A stretch of 64,000 bases of DNA, taken from Berkelbacteria bacterium GW2011_GWE1_39_12 (GTDB lineage Bacteria; Patescibacteriota; UBA1384; UBA12157). A program made the position numbers and the translations under genes. Positions 12,996 to 24,309 of the stretch are shown in pieces; positions within the stretch are counted from its first letter, which is position 1; each line of letters begins with the position of its first letter. Where the stretch lies: NCBI GenBank assembly GCA_001029735.1, contig CP011213.1, positions 784,298-848,297 on the forward strand. The letters are read 5' to 3'. A model generated the notes under the pieces. That model searched no databases and had not been told where the DNA came from. It saw only the letters and a list, made by a program, of their open reading frames with translations.

Positions 12996-13580
12996 CTAGA
13001 TGACCAGTATCGGTTGCCACTGGTTAGGTTTTGCTGTGAGGATGTCTTTGTTGAACGATTCGATAGCCAGCTCAATCATAATCTCATGGGGAAAAGGTGC
13101 ATCGGAAAACTTCTCGCCGAGGTAGCGCAGTAGGTACCAAAGCTGTTCGTAATTCTTCGGGCAATCGAACTTGTAGCCCGCCTTGTTGTCATACAGGCTT
13201 TTCTCGCCATAAAACGATGAAAAACGGATGATCGTCTTAGGCATCTCGGATAGTCTTTCGGACATAAGAAGAATCACCTTCTCGACGAGCGGGTTTTGTC
13301 CGGCAACAAGAATTGTGTAAGGTTCTCGACAGTACAGGCTCCTAATCGTCCGTCCGATAACTAACGCTTCATAGTCGTTATGGTTGGCAATCCCTGGCGG
13401 AAAACCACTATAACTATCATGGCCGATGTCCCAGGTTTCCACGAGATGTCCAGGTCCAAAAAGCTCTTCTCCCCGGACAACTTTCCCTGGTCTTGACTGG
13501 ATTGCGCTCATGATTTTCCAATCTGGGTGAACCGCACTATCAATATCTCCACAATGAAGAACCAATGTTCTCAAGCCCAT
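12996..13580 (-). CDS. hypothetical protein (stand-alone cassette)
   Basis: 194-aa ORF, AAGGAGG RBS, promoter TTGTTT-17-TATAAT at ~13617-13645. Confidence 0.75.
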   Translation of the reverse strand: MGLRTLVLHCGDIDSAVHPDWKIMSAIQSRPGKVVRGEELFGPGHLVETWDIGHDSYSGFPPGIANHNDYEALVIGRTIRSLYCREPYTILVAGQNPLVEKVILLMSERLSEMPKTIIRFSSFYGEKSLYDNKAGYKFDCPKNYEQLWYLLRYLGEKFSDAPFPHEIMIELAIESFNKDILTAKPNQWQPILVI

Positions 13581-13763
13581 CGGTTTCCTCCTTTCGCTGA
13601 TTTTTTCGGACAGTTAATTATATCAAGTCATTTAGATAAAACAAGCCAGCGATATTTTGTTGAGTCTTTTTGGTTAATACTGCCGTTTTTTTAATTTAAC
13701 TACAAAAAGTGAGCGGTAAGTGATATAATGGTGGCAGATTTGCGAAAAGGTGGTGATAAATAA

Positions 13764-14288
13764 ATGAGAAAGCTTTGTTTGGTGCTACTGGTTATGTTCC
13801 TTGGCTTGATCATTATTGAGAAAGTTTGCACCGCTGAAGAGACAAATCTTCAGATTGAGAAGCGTTATGTTGAGTTGATTAACCAGAAGAGGAAACTTTA
13901 TGGACTTAAGAGTCTTGAAGTGGATCCGCTTCTAACTACCGTCGCACGGGATCATAGCTCAGATATGCGCGATAAACGCTACTTTGCGCATTGTTCGCCA
14001 GACGGAGCGACTCCTCTTGATCGCTATCTTCACAGGCTCCCATACGTTCCTGCTTACGCTCTTTATGGCGAAAACCTATTTTGGTGCTCATCGGCAAAGG
14101 ATTCTACTCCTGAGAACGGAGTCCAAGCATTCATGCTAAGTCCTTCTCACAGAGACAATGTTCTGTGTGAAGGATACGAAAGTATCGGAGTCGGAGTAAC
14201 TACAGATAAATCAGGACAAATTTGGGTCAGTGTCGAACTGGCCATTATCGATCCTAAACCTTCTATGGCCATTGTGGCCAAGAAGTAA
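13764..14288 (+). CDS. secreted CAP/SCP-domain protein
   Basis: Signal peptide; ARDHSSDM, YFAH, GENL, SPSHRDNVL; terminator CATCCTC-GAAA-GAGGATG-TTTTT follows. Confidence 0.92.
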   Translation: MRKLCLVLLVMFLGLIIIEKVCTAEETNLQIEKRYVELINQKRKLYGLKSLEVDPLLTTVARDHSSDMRDKRYFAHCSPDGATPLDRYLHRLPYVPAYALYGENLFWCSSAKDSTPENGVQAFMLSPSHRDNVLCEGYESIGVGVTTDKSGQIWVSVELAIIDPKPSMAIVAKK

Positions 14289-14348
14289 CCCATCCTCGAA
14301 AGAGGATGTTTTTATATTCTTGAAATCGTTCAGGAAATGGCTGAGATC

Positions 14349-14377
14349 TTGACATTTCTCTCCATATATGCTATGAT
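14349..14377 (+). promoter_or_regulatory. sigma70 promoter
   Basis: TTGACA-17-TATGAT. Confidence 0.75.
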
Positions 14378-14420
14378 GTACAGTCATAATTAGATGACAG
14401 TCGCGTACAGGAGGAAATCA

Positions 14421-14756
14421 GTGATACTTAAAAGAAGTGATGGCAACCTTGGCGGCAAAGGCGTTCAGCTCACAGTAGTAAACCTTATGGAGAGGAACAA
14501 TCTCCTGAGGTTACTCACTGATATGGGCATCGAGTCGACCAATATCGGCAATACAGTATGCATACCGGAAGGGCGTATCGAAGTGAATGCGGTATGTTTC
14601 GCGCTCTACACTGACGAAACATACATCCCAGGAACGAAGAAAACCCGTTGGGGTAGGATCTTCAAAGGCCGGATAAAGGAAATAAGTGACTTTAGCGGCC
14701 AGGTCCTATGGTGCAGGACAATTCCTAAGGTCCCGGCAACCATTAACCTCGCCTAG
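14421..14756 (+). CDS. hypothetical protein (stand-alone cassette)
   Basis: GTG after AGGAGG; terminator ACTGCGAG..CTCGCAGT-TTTT follows. Confidence 0.7.
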   Translation: MILKRSDGNLGGKGVQLTVVNLMERNNLLRLLTDMGIESTNIGNTVCIPEGRIEVNAVCFALYTDETYIPGTKKTRWGRIFKGRIKEISDFSGQVLWCRTIPKVPATINLA

Positions 14757-14799
14757 GCGAACAATAAAGACTGCGAGTTGCATTAGCGCTCGCAGTTTT

Positions 14800-15412
14800 T
14801 AAAAAGCCAGGAAACCCCGTATGAAAGCGGGCGTCGTCTGGTTTTTTTAGCCCGCTGCAATGCGGGGATGAATGGCTTCCACTTTTACCAGATCCCGTCA
14901 GGGATATGGTAAAATTATCTCATGAGAATTAGAAATTTATGCCACTCCTGCTATCAACATCAATATCGCATTGTTTGGGGAACCAAGTGTCGAAGAAAAT
15001 ATCTCAAAGAATATGTCAAAATTGAGTTAATCAAAAACCTCAAAGAAACCATCAAAAAATATCCCACACTGGAAATTATCGAAATTAATACCAACGAAGA
15101 CCATCTACATCTTCAAATCGAGATACCGCCAGATCTCTCGGTGGCTGCTGTCGTTAGAATATTAAAATCAAAGTCTAGCCTTGCACTCAAGAAAAAGTTT
15201 AAATTTATCCGTGAGATATATCTCGACAGCAGCATTTGGAGTGTGGGATATTTTTCTTCGACAATTGGACTCAACGAGAAACAAATCCGAAAATACATTA
15301 AATGGCAAGGAAAAGAAGACCTCCCGAAGCAGTTAGAACTCTAATTCTCTTGAGCTCCCCAAAGAAACCCCGGCTGAAGCGAGCTTGCGAGCGGAGTCCG
15401 GGGAGTCTCATT
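14800..15412 (+). mobile_element. IS200-type (IS200/IS605 family, TnpA only) insertion sequence; ends approximate
   Basis: Y1 transposase flanked by subterminal hairpins GAAACCCCG...CGGGGA on both sides; right end finishes in TCA. Confidence 0.85.
14922..15344 (+). CDS. tnpA: IS200/IS605 family Y1 HUH transposase
   Basis: YRIVWGTK.R, HUH motif DHLHL, WSVGYF, catalytic Tyr in IRKYIKWQ. Confidence 0.95.
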   Translation: MRIRNLCHSCYQHQYRIVWGTKCRRKYLKEYVKIELIKNLKETIKKYPTLEIIEINTNEDHLHLQIEIPPDLSVAAVVRILKSKSSLALKKKFKFIREIYLDSSIWSVGYFSSTIGLNEKQIRKYIKWQGKEDLPKQLEL

Positions 15413-15578
15413 CGTATAACTAAAAATTAGATTCCTTAATTATCTATTTATAAAAAAATGCGATCAATGTGTAATTTGGTATTGACAATCTCTTGACAAT
15501 GATATCTCACTGTGATAGAGTAAATATACCAATAAAAAAGAGAAAAATTGATAAGAATCTTTCTCGTTAACTAAAAGT

Positions 15579-15616
15579 AATTGCACTAAGCGGCAACCAG
15601 CGTTGTTGCTGTAATT
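15579..15616 (+). promoter_or_regulatory. hairpin in rpoB 5' leader
   Basis: AATTGCA..GCGGCAAC cagc GTTGTTGC TGTAATT, immediately before the RBS. Confidence 0.45.
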
Positions 15617-15630
15617 TTGGGAGTATTTTA

Positions 15631-18600
15631 GTGTCAACACAAAATCGTCTTCAATTTTCTAAGCCAAAGTTTACTGTGCCACTGCCTAATTTAATCGAAG
15701 TTCAAACCCAGAGCTATGATTGGTTCTTCAAGGAAGGGATTCGAGAACTCCTAGACGAAATTTCTCCGGTAGATGACTTTACCGGAAAAGTTTTGACGTT
15801 GGAATTTTTGGATTACTCACTTGACGCGCCAACCTACGATGAGCAGACAGCTAAGACTAAAAATCTTACCTTCGAAGCTCCTCTCAAATGCAATGTCCGT
15901 TTGACTAACAAAATCTCCGGTAAAACCAAAGATTCTTCAGTGTTTCTTGGTGTTTTTCCGTTGATGACCGATCGCGGTACCTTTATCGTGAACGGGATTG
16001 AAAGAGTCGTCGTTTCCCAGATTGTTCGAAGTTACGGCGTCCTTTTTGTATCAGAAGAAGTTGCCGGAAGAAAACTGTTCGGTTGCAAGATTATTCCTTC
16101 GAGAGGCGCTTGGTTGGAATTCGAAACCTCAAACCGCGACATCATTTCAGTCAAAGTTGATAGAAAACGCAAAATTCTGTTTACTACTTTCTTGCGCGCT
16201 TTAGGTTTGACCGATGATCAAATCATCCATGCTTTTGAAGGCGTCAACGACAATGCAGATCATGATTACGTTAAAGCGACTCTAGCTAAAGACACGGCCA
16301 AGACATTCGACGAGGCCGTTGTTGATGTATATAAAAGAATTCGTCCGGGTGATTTGGCAACTGCCGAAACTGCCCGCAGTTTCTTGGAAGCAATGTTCTT
16401 TAATCCAAAGCGCTATGATTTAGGTCGCGTTGGACGTTATAAAATGAATCAAAGACTTAATATTAAAGCTTCTGAAGACTTGAAGAATCGTATTTTACGA
16501 GTCGACGATGTTGTTGAAGCCATTAAAGAAATTATTCGCTTAAACAACGATCCGATGGCCGAACAAGATGATATTGACCATTTGCGCAACCGCCGTGTTC
16601 GCGCTGTGGGTGAATTAGTTCAAGCCAAGGTTCGCGTCGGTTTGCTTCGTATGGAAAGAATTATTAAAGACAGAATGTCGGTTTTGGACCCAGATACTGT
16701 TACTCCGGCTCAATTAATCAACGCTCGTCCAATTGCCGCTGTTTTGCAAGAATTCTTTGCTTCATCACAGATGTCTCAGTTTATGAACCAAACCAACCCG
16801 CTTGCCGAGTTGGAACATAAGCGTTGTTTGTCAGCCACTGGTCCAGGTGGACTTTCTCGTGAACGCGCTGGATTCGAAGTTCGAGACGTTCATCGTAGTC
16901 ACTATGGCCGTGTCTGTCCGATTGAAACTCCTGAAGGTCCAAACATCGGTTTGGTTGGTTATATGGCCAGTTATGCTCGTATCAATGAATATGGTTTTAT
17001 TGAATCACCATATTTAGTGGTTGAACATGTAAAAGGTCAGAAACCGAAAATTACCAACAAGGTTGTTTATCTGGATGCCGACGAAGAAGATCGTGTTATT
17101 GTTGCTCCAGCTTCGACCGATGTTGACAAAGACGGTTACATTACCGCCACCAAAACTGTTGTTCGGGAATTTGGTGAGCCGGTTATCGACTTAGCTAGTA
17201 AGATTGAATATATTGATGTTTCGCCAAAACAAATTGTATCTATTTCGACTGCCTTGATTCCGTTCGTCGAACATAATGACGCTGTTCGTGCTTCCATGGG
17301 TTCTAATATGGAACGACAAGCCGTGCCTTTGGTTCGCCCAACCTCACCGGTAGTTGGAACGGGTATGGAAGCTGATGCTGCCAGAGACTCTGGTCAGTGT
17401 TTGTTTGCCAAAAACGACGGTGTAGTAACAGAAGCTTCTGGTTCAGAAATTGTTGTTGGCGTTGACCGTTACCGATTAGAAAAATTTATTCGTTCTAACC
17501 AGGCAACCTGTATTAATCAAAGACCGGTTGTTCGGGTTGGCGATAAAGTTAAAAAAGGCCAAATCTTAGCTGATTCTTCTGCAACTGAAGAAGGTGAATT
17601 AGCACTTGGTCAAAACGTCTTAGTTGCCTTTATGCCTTTCAAGGGTGGCAACTTCGAAGACGCTATCATCCTTTCGGAAAAATTAGTTAGAAATGATAAC
17701 TTAACCTCAATTCACATTGAAAAATACTCGACTGAGGTCCGTGACACCAAATTGGGTCCGGAAGTTTTGACTCGCGATATTCCAAACGTGGGTGAAGGTG
17801 CTTTGGCCAACCTTGACGAGCAAGGAATTGTTCGAATTGGTGCTGAAGTTTCTGCCGGCGATATCTTAGTTGGTAAAATTACGCCAAAGGGTGAAACCGA
17901 ACTTTCAGCTGAAGAAAAACTGCTTCGGGCAATCTTCGGTGAAAAAGCTAAAGATGTTAAAGACACTTCCCTTCGACTTCCTCATGGAGAATATGGAAAA
18001 GTTGTTAATGTTGAAATCTTCTCCAAAGAAGCCGGTGATGAATTGCCAGCCGGTGTTTATCAGATGGTTGAAGTCGCAATTGCACAACTTAGAAAAGTCC
18101 AAGTTGGTGATAAATTAGCCGGACGACATGGTAACAAAGGTGTTATTTCCATGGTTTTGCCAGAAGCGGAAATGCCTTACATGCCAGACGGTACACCAGT
18201 TGATATTATCTTAAACCCATTAGGTGTTATTTCCCGTATGAACCTTGGTCAGCTGTTGGAAACTCACTTGGGTTGGGCTGCTAATAAATTAGGCTACAAG
18301 ATTGCCGTTCCGGTTTTTGAAAGCATGTCCTTTGAAGATATTCAGGCCGAATTAAAGAAAGCGGGTTTACCAGAAGACGGTAAGGTCCAATTACATGATG
18401 GACGTACCGGCGAACCTTTCGCTGAAAAAACAACTGTTGGTATTAAATATATGATGAAGCTTTGCCATTTGGTTGATGATAAGATGCACGCTCGATCGAC
18501 TGGACCATACTCTATGGTTACTCAACAGCCGCTGGGTGGTAAATCTCAATTCGGTGGACAAAGATTTGGAGAAATGGAAGTCTGGGCTCTGGAAGGTTAT

Positions 18601-18960
18601 GGAGCCGCTCATTCACTGCAAGAAATGTTAACGATTAAATCGGATGACGTTGTAGGCCGAAGCAAAGCTTATGAAGCCATTATCAAAGGCGAACAAATTC
18701 AGAAACCGTCGATTCCAGCTTCGTTCTTTGTCTTAGTCAAAGAACTTCAGTCGCTTGGCTTGAATGTTGAAATGCTTTCAGCCGCCGATTTAGCCAAGGC
18801 CGCAAAGAAAATTAGCCGCCCGGCAGTGGGCGAATCTGAAAACGAAAAAGAAGATAATGATATTAATAATGCAGAAGAATTAGACGCCGAGGTAACCGAA
18901 TTAAAAGAAGAAGAACCACCGATGGTCGAACCATCGATTGATGAGGGAGAAGATAAATAA
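15631..18960 (+). CDS. rpoB: RNA polymerase beta subunit
   Basis: [42 protein letters not shown]. Confidence 0.99.
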   Translation: MSTQNRLQFSKPKFTVPLPNLIEVQTQSYDWFFKEGIRELLDEISPVDDFTGKVLTLEFLDYSLDAPTYDEQTAKTKNLTFEAPLKCNVRLTNKISGKTKDSSVFLGVFPLMTDRGTFIVNGIERVVVSQIVRSYGVLFVSEEVAGRKLFGCKIIPSRGAWLEFETSNRDIISVKVDRKRKILFTTFLRALGLTDDQIIHAFEGVNDNADHDYVKATLAKDTAKTFDEAVVDVYKRIRPGDLATAETARSFLEAMFFNPKRYDLGRVGRYKMNQRLNIKASEDLKNRILRVDDVVEAIKEIIRLNNDPMAEQDDIDHLRNRRVRAVGELVQAKVRVGLLRMERIIKDRMSVLDPDTVTPAQLINARPIAAVLQEFFASSQMSQFMNQTNPLAELEHKRCLSATGPGGLSRERAGFEVRDVHRSHYGRVCPIETPEGPNIGLVGYMASYARINEYGFIESPYLVVEHVKGQKPKITNKVVYLDADEEDRVIVAPASTDVDKDGYITATKTVVREFGEPVIDLASKIEYIDVSPKQIVSISTALIPFVEHNDAVRASMGSNMERQAVPLVRPTSPVVGTGMEADAARDSGQCLFAKNDGVVTEASGSEIVVGVDRYRLEKFIRSNQATCINQRPVVRVGDKVKKGQILADSSATEEGELALGQNVLVAFMPFKGGNFEDAIILSEKLVRNDNLTSIHIEKYSTEVRDTKLGPEVLTRDIPNVGEGALANLDEQGIVRIGAEVSAGDILVGKITPKGETELSAEEKLLRAIFGEKAKDVKDTSLRLPHGEYGKVVNVEIFSKEAGDELPAGVYQMVEVAIAQLRKVQVGDKLAGRHGNKGVISMVLPEAEMPYMPDGTPVDIILNPLGVISRMNLGQLLETHLGWAANKLGYKIAVPVFESMSFEDIQAELKKAGLPEDGKVQLHDGRTGEPFAEKTTVGIKYMMKLCHLVDDKMHARSTGPYSMVTQQPLGGKSQFGGQRFGEMEVWALEGYGAAHSLQEMLTIKSDDVVGRSKAYEAIIKGEQIQKPSIPASFFVLVKELQSLGLNVEMLSAADLAKAAKKISRPAVGESENEKEDNDINNAEELDAEVTELKEEEPPMVEPSIDEGEDK

Positions 18961-19008
18961 TGGTCAAGCTATGCTTATCGCGGAAATTTTAAAGGATTTA
19001 AAATTATG
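18960..19008 (+). other. hairpin-GCGGA-hairpin-ATG element between rpoB and rpoC
   Basis: ATG GTC AAGC tat GCTT ATC GCGGA AATTTTAAA gga TTTAAAATT ATG. Confidence 0.85.
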
Positions 19009-22000
19009 AAAGATAACAAAACACAACCACAAATGGCGAGAGAAACTTCGAAAGTATCAGATTTTGATGCCTTGAAAATTTCTGTTGCTTCTCCTGAAGA
19101 CATTGCAAATTGGTCCTTCGGTGAAGTTACCAAGCCAGAAACTATCAACTACCGCACCCAGAAGCCGGAACGCGATGGTCTTTTTGATGAAAGAATTTTC
19201 GGTCCGACTAAAGATTGGGAATGTTACTGCGGTAAATACAAAAAAATCCGTTACAAAGGTGTAATTTGCGATAAATGCGGCGTTGAAGTCACTCGTAGCG
19301 CTGTCAGACGTGAAAGAATGGGTCATATTGATCTTGCTGTTCCTGTTACCCATATCTGGTATGTCCGTGGTGTTCCGTCTGTCGTAAGTTTGATTTTAGA
19401 TATTTCTGTTTCCGATTTAGAAAAAGTCGTCTATTTTGCCGGCTTTATTGTTTTGGATGTTAATGAAGATGTTAGAAAATCTTCGTTGGAACAATTGGAA
19501 AGAGAGTACGCCGAAGCCAAGGGTAAATTAACCAATAATATGGATATTGCGAAAGTTGATGCTTCTTATAAAGCCACCAAGCTAGAAATTATGTCCTTGG
19601 TTTCCAAGAAGATTTTAACTGAAGGCCAATATCATGATTTATCCTTGAAATATGGTCAGATTGTTAAAGTCGGAATTGGTGCCGAAGCCGTTTTTGAACT
19701 TCTAAAACGCGCTAATTTGGATGAATTAAATGAAGATTTCTCCGGACAATTAGTTTCAGCCATTGGTATTAATCGACGCAAATTATTACGTAGATTAAAG
19801 CTTGTTTCTGAAATGCGTGAAGCCGGTATTCGTCCGGAATGGTTGGTTTTAACCAAATTACCAGTTATTCCACCAGATCTACGTCCAATGGTTCAATTGG
19901 ATGGTGGCCGTTTTGCCGCCTCCGATTTAAATGATCTTTACCGACGTGTCATCAATAGAAATAACCGTCTAAAGAGACTTATTTCACAGGGCGCCCCAGA
20001 AGTTATCTGTCGCAATGAAAAAAGAATGCTTCAAGAAGCAGTTGATTCACTGATTGATAACTCAGCTCGAAGAGGACGCACTGCCTCAACCGGCGCTGCC
20101 GCCCGAAAACTTCGATCACTTTCCGATATGCTTCATGGTAAGCAAGGCCGGTTCCGCCAGAACTTGCTTGGAAAACGTGTCGACTATTCAGGTCGTTCAG
20201 TTATTGTTGTAGGTCCAAACCTTAAATTACATCAGTGTGGTATTCCTAAGATGATGGCTTTGGAACTTTTCAAACCATTCGTTATCTCCAAGCTTATCAA
20301 CGAAGGCCACGTTCATAATGTTAAAAATGCTACTAAATTAATGGAAAAAGGTGAACCAGTTGTTTGGGATATTCTTGAAAAAATTACTTCAGATTACAAT
20401 GTGTTGTTAAACCGCGCCCCAACGCTACATCGTTTGGGTATTCAGGGTTTCCAGCCAGTTTTAATCGAAGGTAAAGCCATTCAGATTCACCCATTGGTTT
20501 GTTATGCTTTCAACGCTGACTTTGATGGTGACCAGATGGCTATCCATGTTCCGTTGTCTACTCAGGCCAGAGAAGAAGCCGCTACCTTAATGCGCGCTGA
20601 TCATAATGTCTTAAAACCTTCATCCGGCGAACCAGTTATTATTCCTCGATATGAAATTGTCGCGGGTATTTATTGGTTGACCGGTATCCAAGAAGGCGCA
20701 CAAGGCGAAAATAAAATCTTTGGTAGCAAAAATGAAGCTATTTTAGCTCACCAAGAGGGTTTTGTTCATGCTCGCGCTAAGATTAAAGTTCGCATGAAAC
20801 TTAATAAAATGGATCCAGCGGCAAAAGAAGAAATCGTTGAAACAACAGCTGGTAGAATTTTATTCAACAATATTTTGCCAGATGAATTGCAATTTAGAAA
20901 TGAAACTTTTGATTCCAAAGCTTTGAAAAATATCTTGTCAGAGCATTTTGCCAGGTTTGATGTTGCTGGAACAGCAGAATTTGCTGATAGAATCAAGGAT
21001 ATTGGTTTCAGGTATTCATCTGTTTCCGGTATGACTATTTCGATTTCCGATATTCATATTTCAGATGATAAAAATATAATCGTCAAAGAAGGCGATAAGA
21101 AACTGGAAGAAATTGAATTGCAGTATCAACGCGGTTTAATTACCGACAGTGAACGCAAAATGAAGATTATCGAAATGTGGACCGAAATTCGTGGCAGAAT
21201 TGAGAAGAGTATGATTGCGCAATACGATGAACAGAGTCCGGTTTACCAAATGGTTAAATCTGGTGCTCGTGGTTCTTTTGCTCAGGTTACTCAGCTCGCT
21301 GGTATGAAAGGTTTAGTGGTTAACCCGGCTGGTGAAATTATTGAATTGCCGATTAAACATAACTATAAAGAAGGTTTACCTGTATTCGAATACTTTATTT
21401 CGACTCACGGTGCCAGAAAAGGTAAATCAGATACTTCACTTCGTACTTCTGAGGCTGGGTATTTGACTCGTCGTTTAGTCGACGTTTCACAAGATGTCGT
21501 CATTACTATGGACGACTGTGGCACAGATCAATTCCTAGATATCACCCGAACAGAATCCGAAGAGATGGGTGAGAAATATTCACAAAGAATGATTGGCCGC
21601 GTTTCAGCTCAAGACGTAAAAGCCGGTAAAGATACAATTGTAAAAGCCGGTGAAGAAATCACCGAAGAAATAGCTGAAAAGATTGATGCCACTGGCATTG
21701 ATACTTTAAAGGTTCGAACCGTGATGGGTTGCCATGCCGAGCGTGGCATTTGCCGCAACTGTTATGGTAAAGATCTTTCTTCAGGTAAGATGGCTGAACA
21801 TGGCGCTGTCGTTGGTATTATTGCCGCTCAGGCCATCGGTGAACCAGGTACGCAGCTTACTATGAAAACCTTCCACATGGGTGGTGTTACTGGAGAAGAT
21901 ATTACTTCTGGACTTCCACGTGTTGAAGAATTGTTTGAGGCTCGTACGCCAAGAAATCCTGCTATTATGGCTGATATGGATGGCATAGTTAGAATTTTTG

Positions 22001-22776
22001 AAGAGAAAGATATGCGCAAATTGGTTATCACTTCGGATGAAAAGCGCCAAGAAGAATATGTTTTAGAAAAAGGCTATGAACCGACAGTAACTGATGGCGA
22101 TATTGTTAAAGCACGACAAGCAATTGCCGTAGCTCCAAGCAAAAAAGCCTTCCGCACTGGTCTTACTGGTAAAGTCAAAATCGAAAAAAATAAGATTGTT
22201 ATCACATCGACCGAACAAAACTCAATCAGTTATTCAGTCTCGACTAAAACCAATCTTAAGGTCAGCGATGGTGATAAAGTTGTCATGGGTAAGGAATTGA
22301 CTGAAGGTCACTTCAGCCTAGAAAACATGTTGAAGCTAAGAGGACGCAAGGCAACTGAAAGATATATCATCCGCGGTGTCCAAGAAATCTATGCTTCACA
22401 GGGTCAGACAATTAATGATAAGCATATTGAAATCATCGTTCGCGAAATGTTTTCTAAGATCAAAGTTAAAGATCCGGGCGATTCAGGCATGCTTTCGGGT
22501 CAGGTTATCGATCATGTTGATTCGATGAAACTTAATAATGAATTAAAAAAACAAGGCAAACACGAAGCTACTTTTGACGAATCTGTCTTAGGTATCACCC
22601 GTGTCGCCTTGATTACAGATAGTTTCTTATCAGCTGCTTCCTTCCAAGAAACGACTGGTGTCTTAATCGACGCCGCCGTTCGCGGAGCTGTTGATCGCTT
22701 GCAAGGTTTGAAAGAAAATGTTATCATAGGGAAGCTGATTCCAGCAGGAACAGCATTTCACAGAAAGAAAGACTAA
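19006..22776 (+). CDS. rpoC: RNA polymerase beta' subunit
   Basis: Zn ribbon ECYCGKYK, catalytic NADFDGD, GEPGTQLTM. Confidence 0.99.
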   Translation: MKDNKTQPQMARETSKVSDFDALKISVASPEDIANWSFGEVTKPETINYRTQKPERDGLFDERIFGPTKDWECYCGKYKKIRYKGVICDKCGVEVTRSAVRRERMGHIDLAVPVTHIWYVRGVPSVVSLILDISVSDLEKVVYFAGFIVLDVNEDVRKSSLEQLEREYAEAKGKLTNNMDIAKVDASYKATKLEIMSLVSKKILTEGQYHDLSLKYGQIVKVGIGAEAVFELLKRANLDELNEDFSGQLVSAIGINRRKLLRRLKLVSEMREAGIRPEWLVLTKLPVIPPDLRPMVQLDGGRFAASDLNDLYRRVINRNNRLKRLISQGAPEVICRNEKRMLQEAVDSLIDNSARRGRTASTGAAARKLRSLSDMLHGKQGRFRQNLLGKRVDYSGRSVIVVGPNLKLHQCGIPKMMALELFKPFVISKLINEGHVHNVKNATKLMEKGEPVVWDILEKITSDYNVLLNRAPTLHRLGIQGFQPVLIEGKAIQIHPLVCYAFNADFDGDQMAIHVPLSTQAREEAATLMRADHNVLKPSSGEPVIIPRYEIVAGIYWLTGIQEGAQGENKIFGSKNEAILAHQEGFVHARAKIKVRMKLNKMDPAAKEEIVETTAGRILFNNILPDELQFRNETFDSKALKNILSEHFARFDVAGTAEFADRIKDIGFRYSSVSGMTISISDIHISDDKNIIVKEGDKKLEEIELQYQRGLITDSERKMKIIEMWTEIRGRIEKSMIAQYDEQSPVYQMVKSGARGSFAQVTQLAGMKGLVVNPAGEIIELPIKHNYKEGLPVFEYFISTHGARKGKSDTSLRTSEAGYLTRRLVDVSQDVVITMDDCGTDQFLDITRTESEEMGEKYSQRMIGRVSAQDVKAGKDTIVKAGEEITEEIAEKIDATGIDTLKVRTVMGCHAERGICRNCYGKDLSSGKMAEHGAVVGIIAAQAIGEPGTQLTMKTFHMGGVTGEDITSGLPRVEELFEARTPRNPAIMADMDGIVRIFEEKDMRKLVITSDEKRQEEYVLEKGYEPTVTDGDIVKARQAIAVAPSKKAFRTGLTGKVKIEKNKIVITSTEQNSISYSVSTKTNLKVSDGDKVVMGKELTEGHFSLENMLKLRGRKATERYIIRGVQEIYASQGQTINDKHIEIIVREMFSKIKVKDPGDSGMLSGQVIDHVDSMKLNNELKKQGKHEATFDESVLGITRVALITDSFLSAASFQETTGVLIDAAVRGAVDRLQGLKENVIIGKLIPAGTAFHRKKD

Positions 22777-23190
22777 ATGCCAACAATTTCACAATTAATC
22801 AGAAAACCAAGAAAATCGAAAGTTTCCAAAGCAAAGACGCCTGCGTTACGCCGCGGTTTTAACTTTCTTAAAAACAAACCGGTTATTTTCAAAGAAGGCA
22901 GACCTTTTCTTCGCGGTGTTTGTGTTAAGGTTACAACTGTTACTCCAAAAAAACCTAACTCCGCTTTAAGAAAAATTGCCAGAGTCAGACTTACTTCCGG
23001 TCAAGAAGTCACTGCCTATATTCCAGGTGAAGGTCACAATTTACAAGAACACTCCGTAGTTTTAATCCGCGGTGGTCGTGTAAAAGATCTTCCGGGTGTA
23101 CGATATCATATTATTCGCGGTAAACTTGATACTGGCGGTGTCGAAAACCGTAAACAGGGCCGTTCAAAATACGGTGCTAAAAAATCATAA
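22777..23190 (+). CDS. rpsL: 30S ribosomal protein S12
   Basis: [22 protein letters not shown]. Confidence 0.99.
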   Translation: MPTISQLIRKPRKSKVSKAKTPALRRGFNFLKNKPVIFKEGRPFLRGVCVKVTTVTPKKPNSALRKIARVRLTSGQEVTAYIPGEGHNLQEHSVVLIRGGRVKDLPGVRYHIIRGKLDTGGVENRKQGRSKYGAKKS

Positions 23191-23226
23191 GATTTTTGCA
23201 AGTAAAGTCGTAAAAGGAAAACTACC

Positions 23227-23697
23227 ATGCGTGGAAAAAAAGCTCCAAGAAGAACAATTGATCCAGATTTGAAATATAATTCCGTTACAGTCAGCAGATT
23301 TATAAATAAAATTATCGTTCGTGGTCAAAAAGAAACGGCCCGAAAGAATGTTTATAAAGCTTTTGATGTCTTAAAAGACAAGACCGGCAAAGAGCCACTT
23401 GGTATTTTTGAGACAGCTTTAAAGAATGCTGCTCCTGTTTTGGAAGTAAATGCTCGTCGAATCGGCGGCGCAACTTACCAAGTTCCAATGGAAGTTCGTC
23501 CAGAGCGACGTGAAACTTTAGCTATGCGATGGATTATTACCGCAGCTCGTGCCGGCAAAGGTGGAAACTTTTCAGACTTTCTTGCCAACGAAATTCTTGA
23601 TGCGTACAACAACACTGGTACAGCCATGAAGAAAAAAGAAGTGTTGCACAAGATGGCCGAAGCCAACAAAGCGTTTGCTCATTTCGCCAGATTCTAA
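23227..23697 (+). CDS. rpsG: 30S ribosomal protein S7
   Basis: RRIGGATYQVP, HKMAEANKAFAHF. Confidence 0.99.
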   Translation: MRGKKAPRRTIDPDLKYNSVTVSRFINKIIVRGQKETARKNVYKAFDVLKDKTGKEPLGIFETALKNAAPVLEVNARRIGGATYQVPMEVRPERRETLAMRWIITAARAGKGGNFSDFLANEILDAYNNTGTAMKKKEVLHKMAEANKAFAHFARF

Positions 23698-23716
23698 ATA
23701 AAAGATATCATATTTC

Positions 23717-23743
23717 AAAAAAGCACCGAAAGGTGCTTTTTTG
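23717..23743. terminator. bidirectional intrinsic terminator
   Basis: AAAAAAGCACC-GAAA-GGTGCTTTTTT. Confidence 0.9.
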
Positions 23744-23825
23744 ATTGGATCGCTTGAAAAGAAAAAGTATATTTGTAATAATAGTGATGAATTAATTAAT
23801 GTCCTATTTTGGACAGGAGGGTTCG

Positions 23826-24179
23826 ATGTCATCAATTCTTCTCGCTCAAGCAACCGACACGGTTGATTGGGGTACAACGACGACAGCCGCGGATACTGCA
23901 GCAGATACGGCTGTGGCCGCAACTGGACTTGCCGTCTTCGGTGGATTCTTTATTGTTATGATGGTCATTGGTTTGGCCAGTTTGGCGATTTGGATTTGGG
24001 CTTTGGTTGATGTTATCAAGCGACAGTTTACAAATCCAAGTGACAAAACTCTTTGGATGGTCTTAGTTATCGCCGGTGCTTTTGTCTTGGGTCCAATTTT
24101 GCCGATCGTTTATCTTATTGTTGGCCGCAAAAAAGGCACAATTCCAGGTGGATCAAGTCCAGCTGCTCCGCAACAGTAA
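23826..24179 (+). CDS. small membrane protein, PLDc_N-like
   Basis: Pattern IWIWALVDVIKR..DKTLW..PIVYLIVGRKK; AGGAGG RBS. Confidence 0.8.
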   Translation: MSSILLAQATDTVDWGTTTTAADTAADTAVAATGLAVFGGFFIVMMVIGLASLAIWIWALVDVIKRQFTNPSDKTLWMVLVIAGAFVLGPILPIVYLIVGRKKGTIPGGSSPAAPQQ

Positions 24180-24191
24180 TCTTGTTTAAAA

Positions 24192-24222
24192 TACAAAAAG
24201 GCGCTTACAGCGCTTTTTTGTA
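24192..24222. terminator. bidirectional intrinsic terminator
   Basis: TACAAAAAGGCGCT-TAC-AGCGCTTTTTTGTA. Confidence 0.85.
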
Positions 24223-24309
24223 TACTTGATATTCTTGAAGAAATCGTATACAATATCTCATGAGGGGAATCTTTTTGTAATAAATAAATTAATTGAAGTA
24301 AAGGATTAA

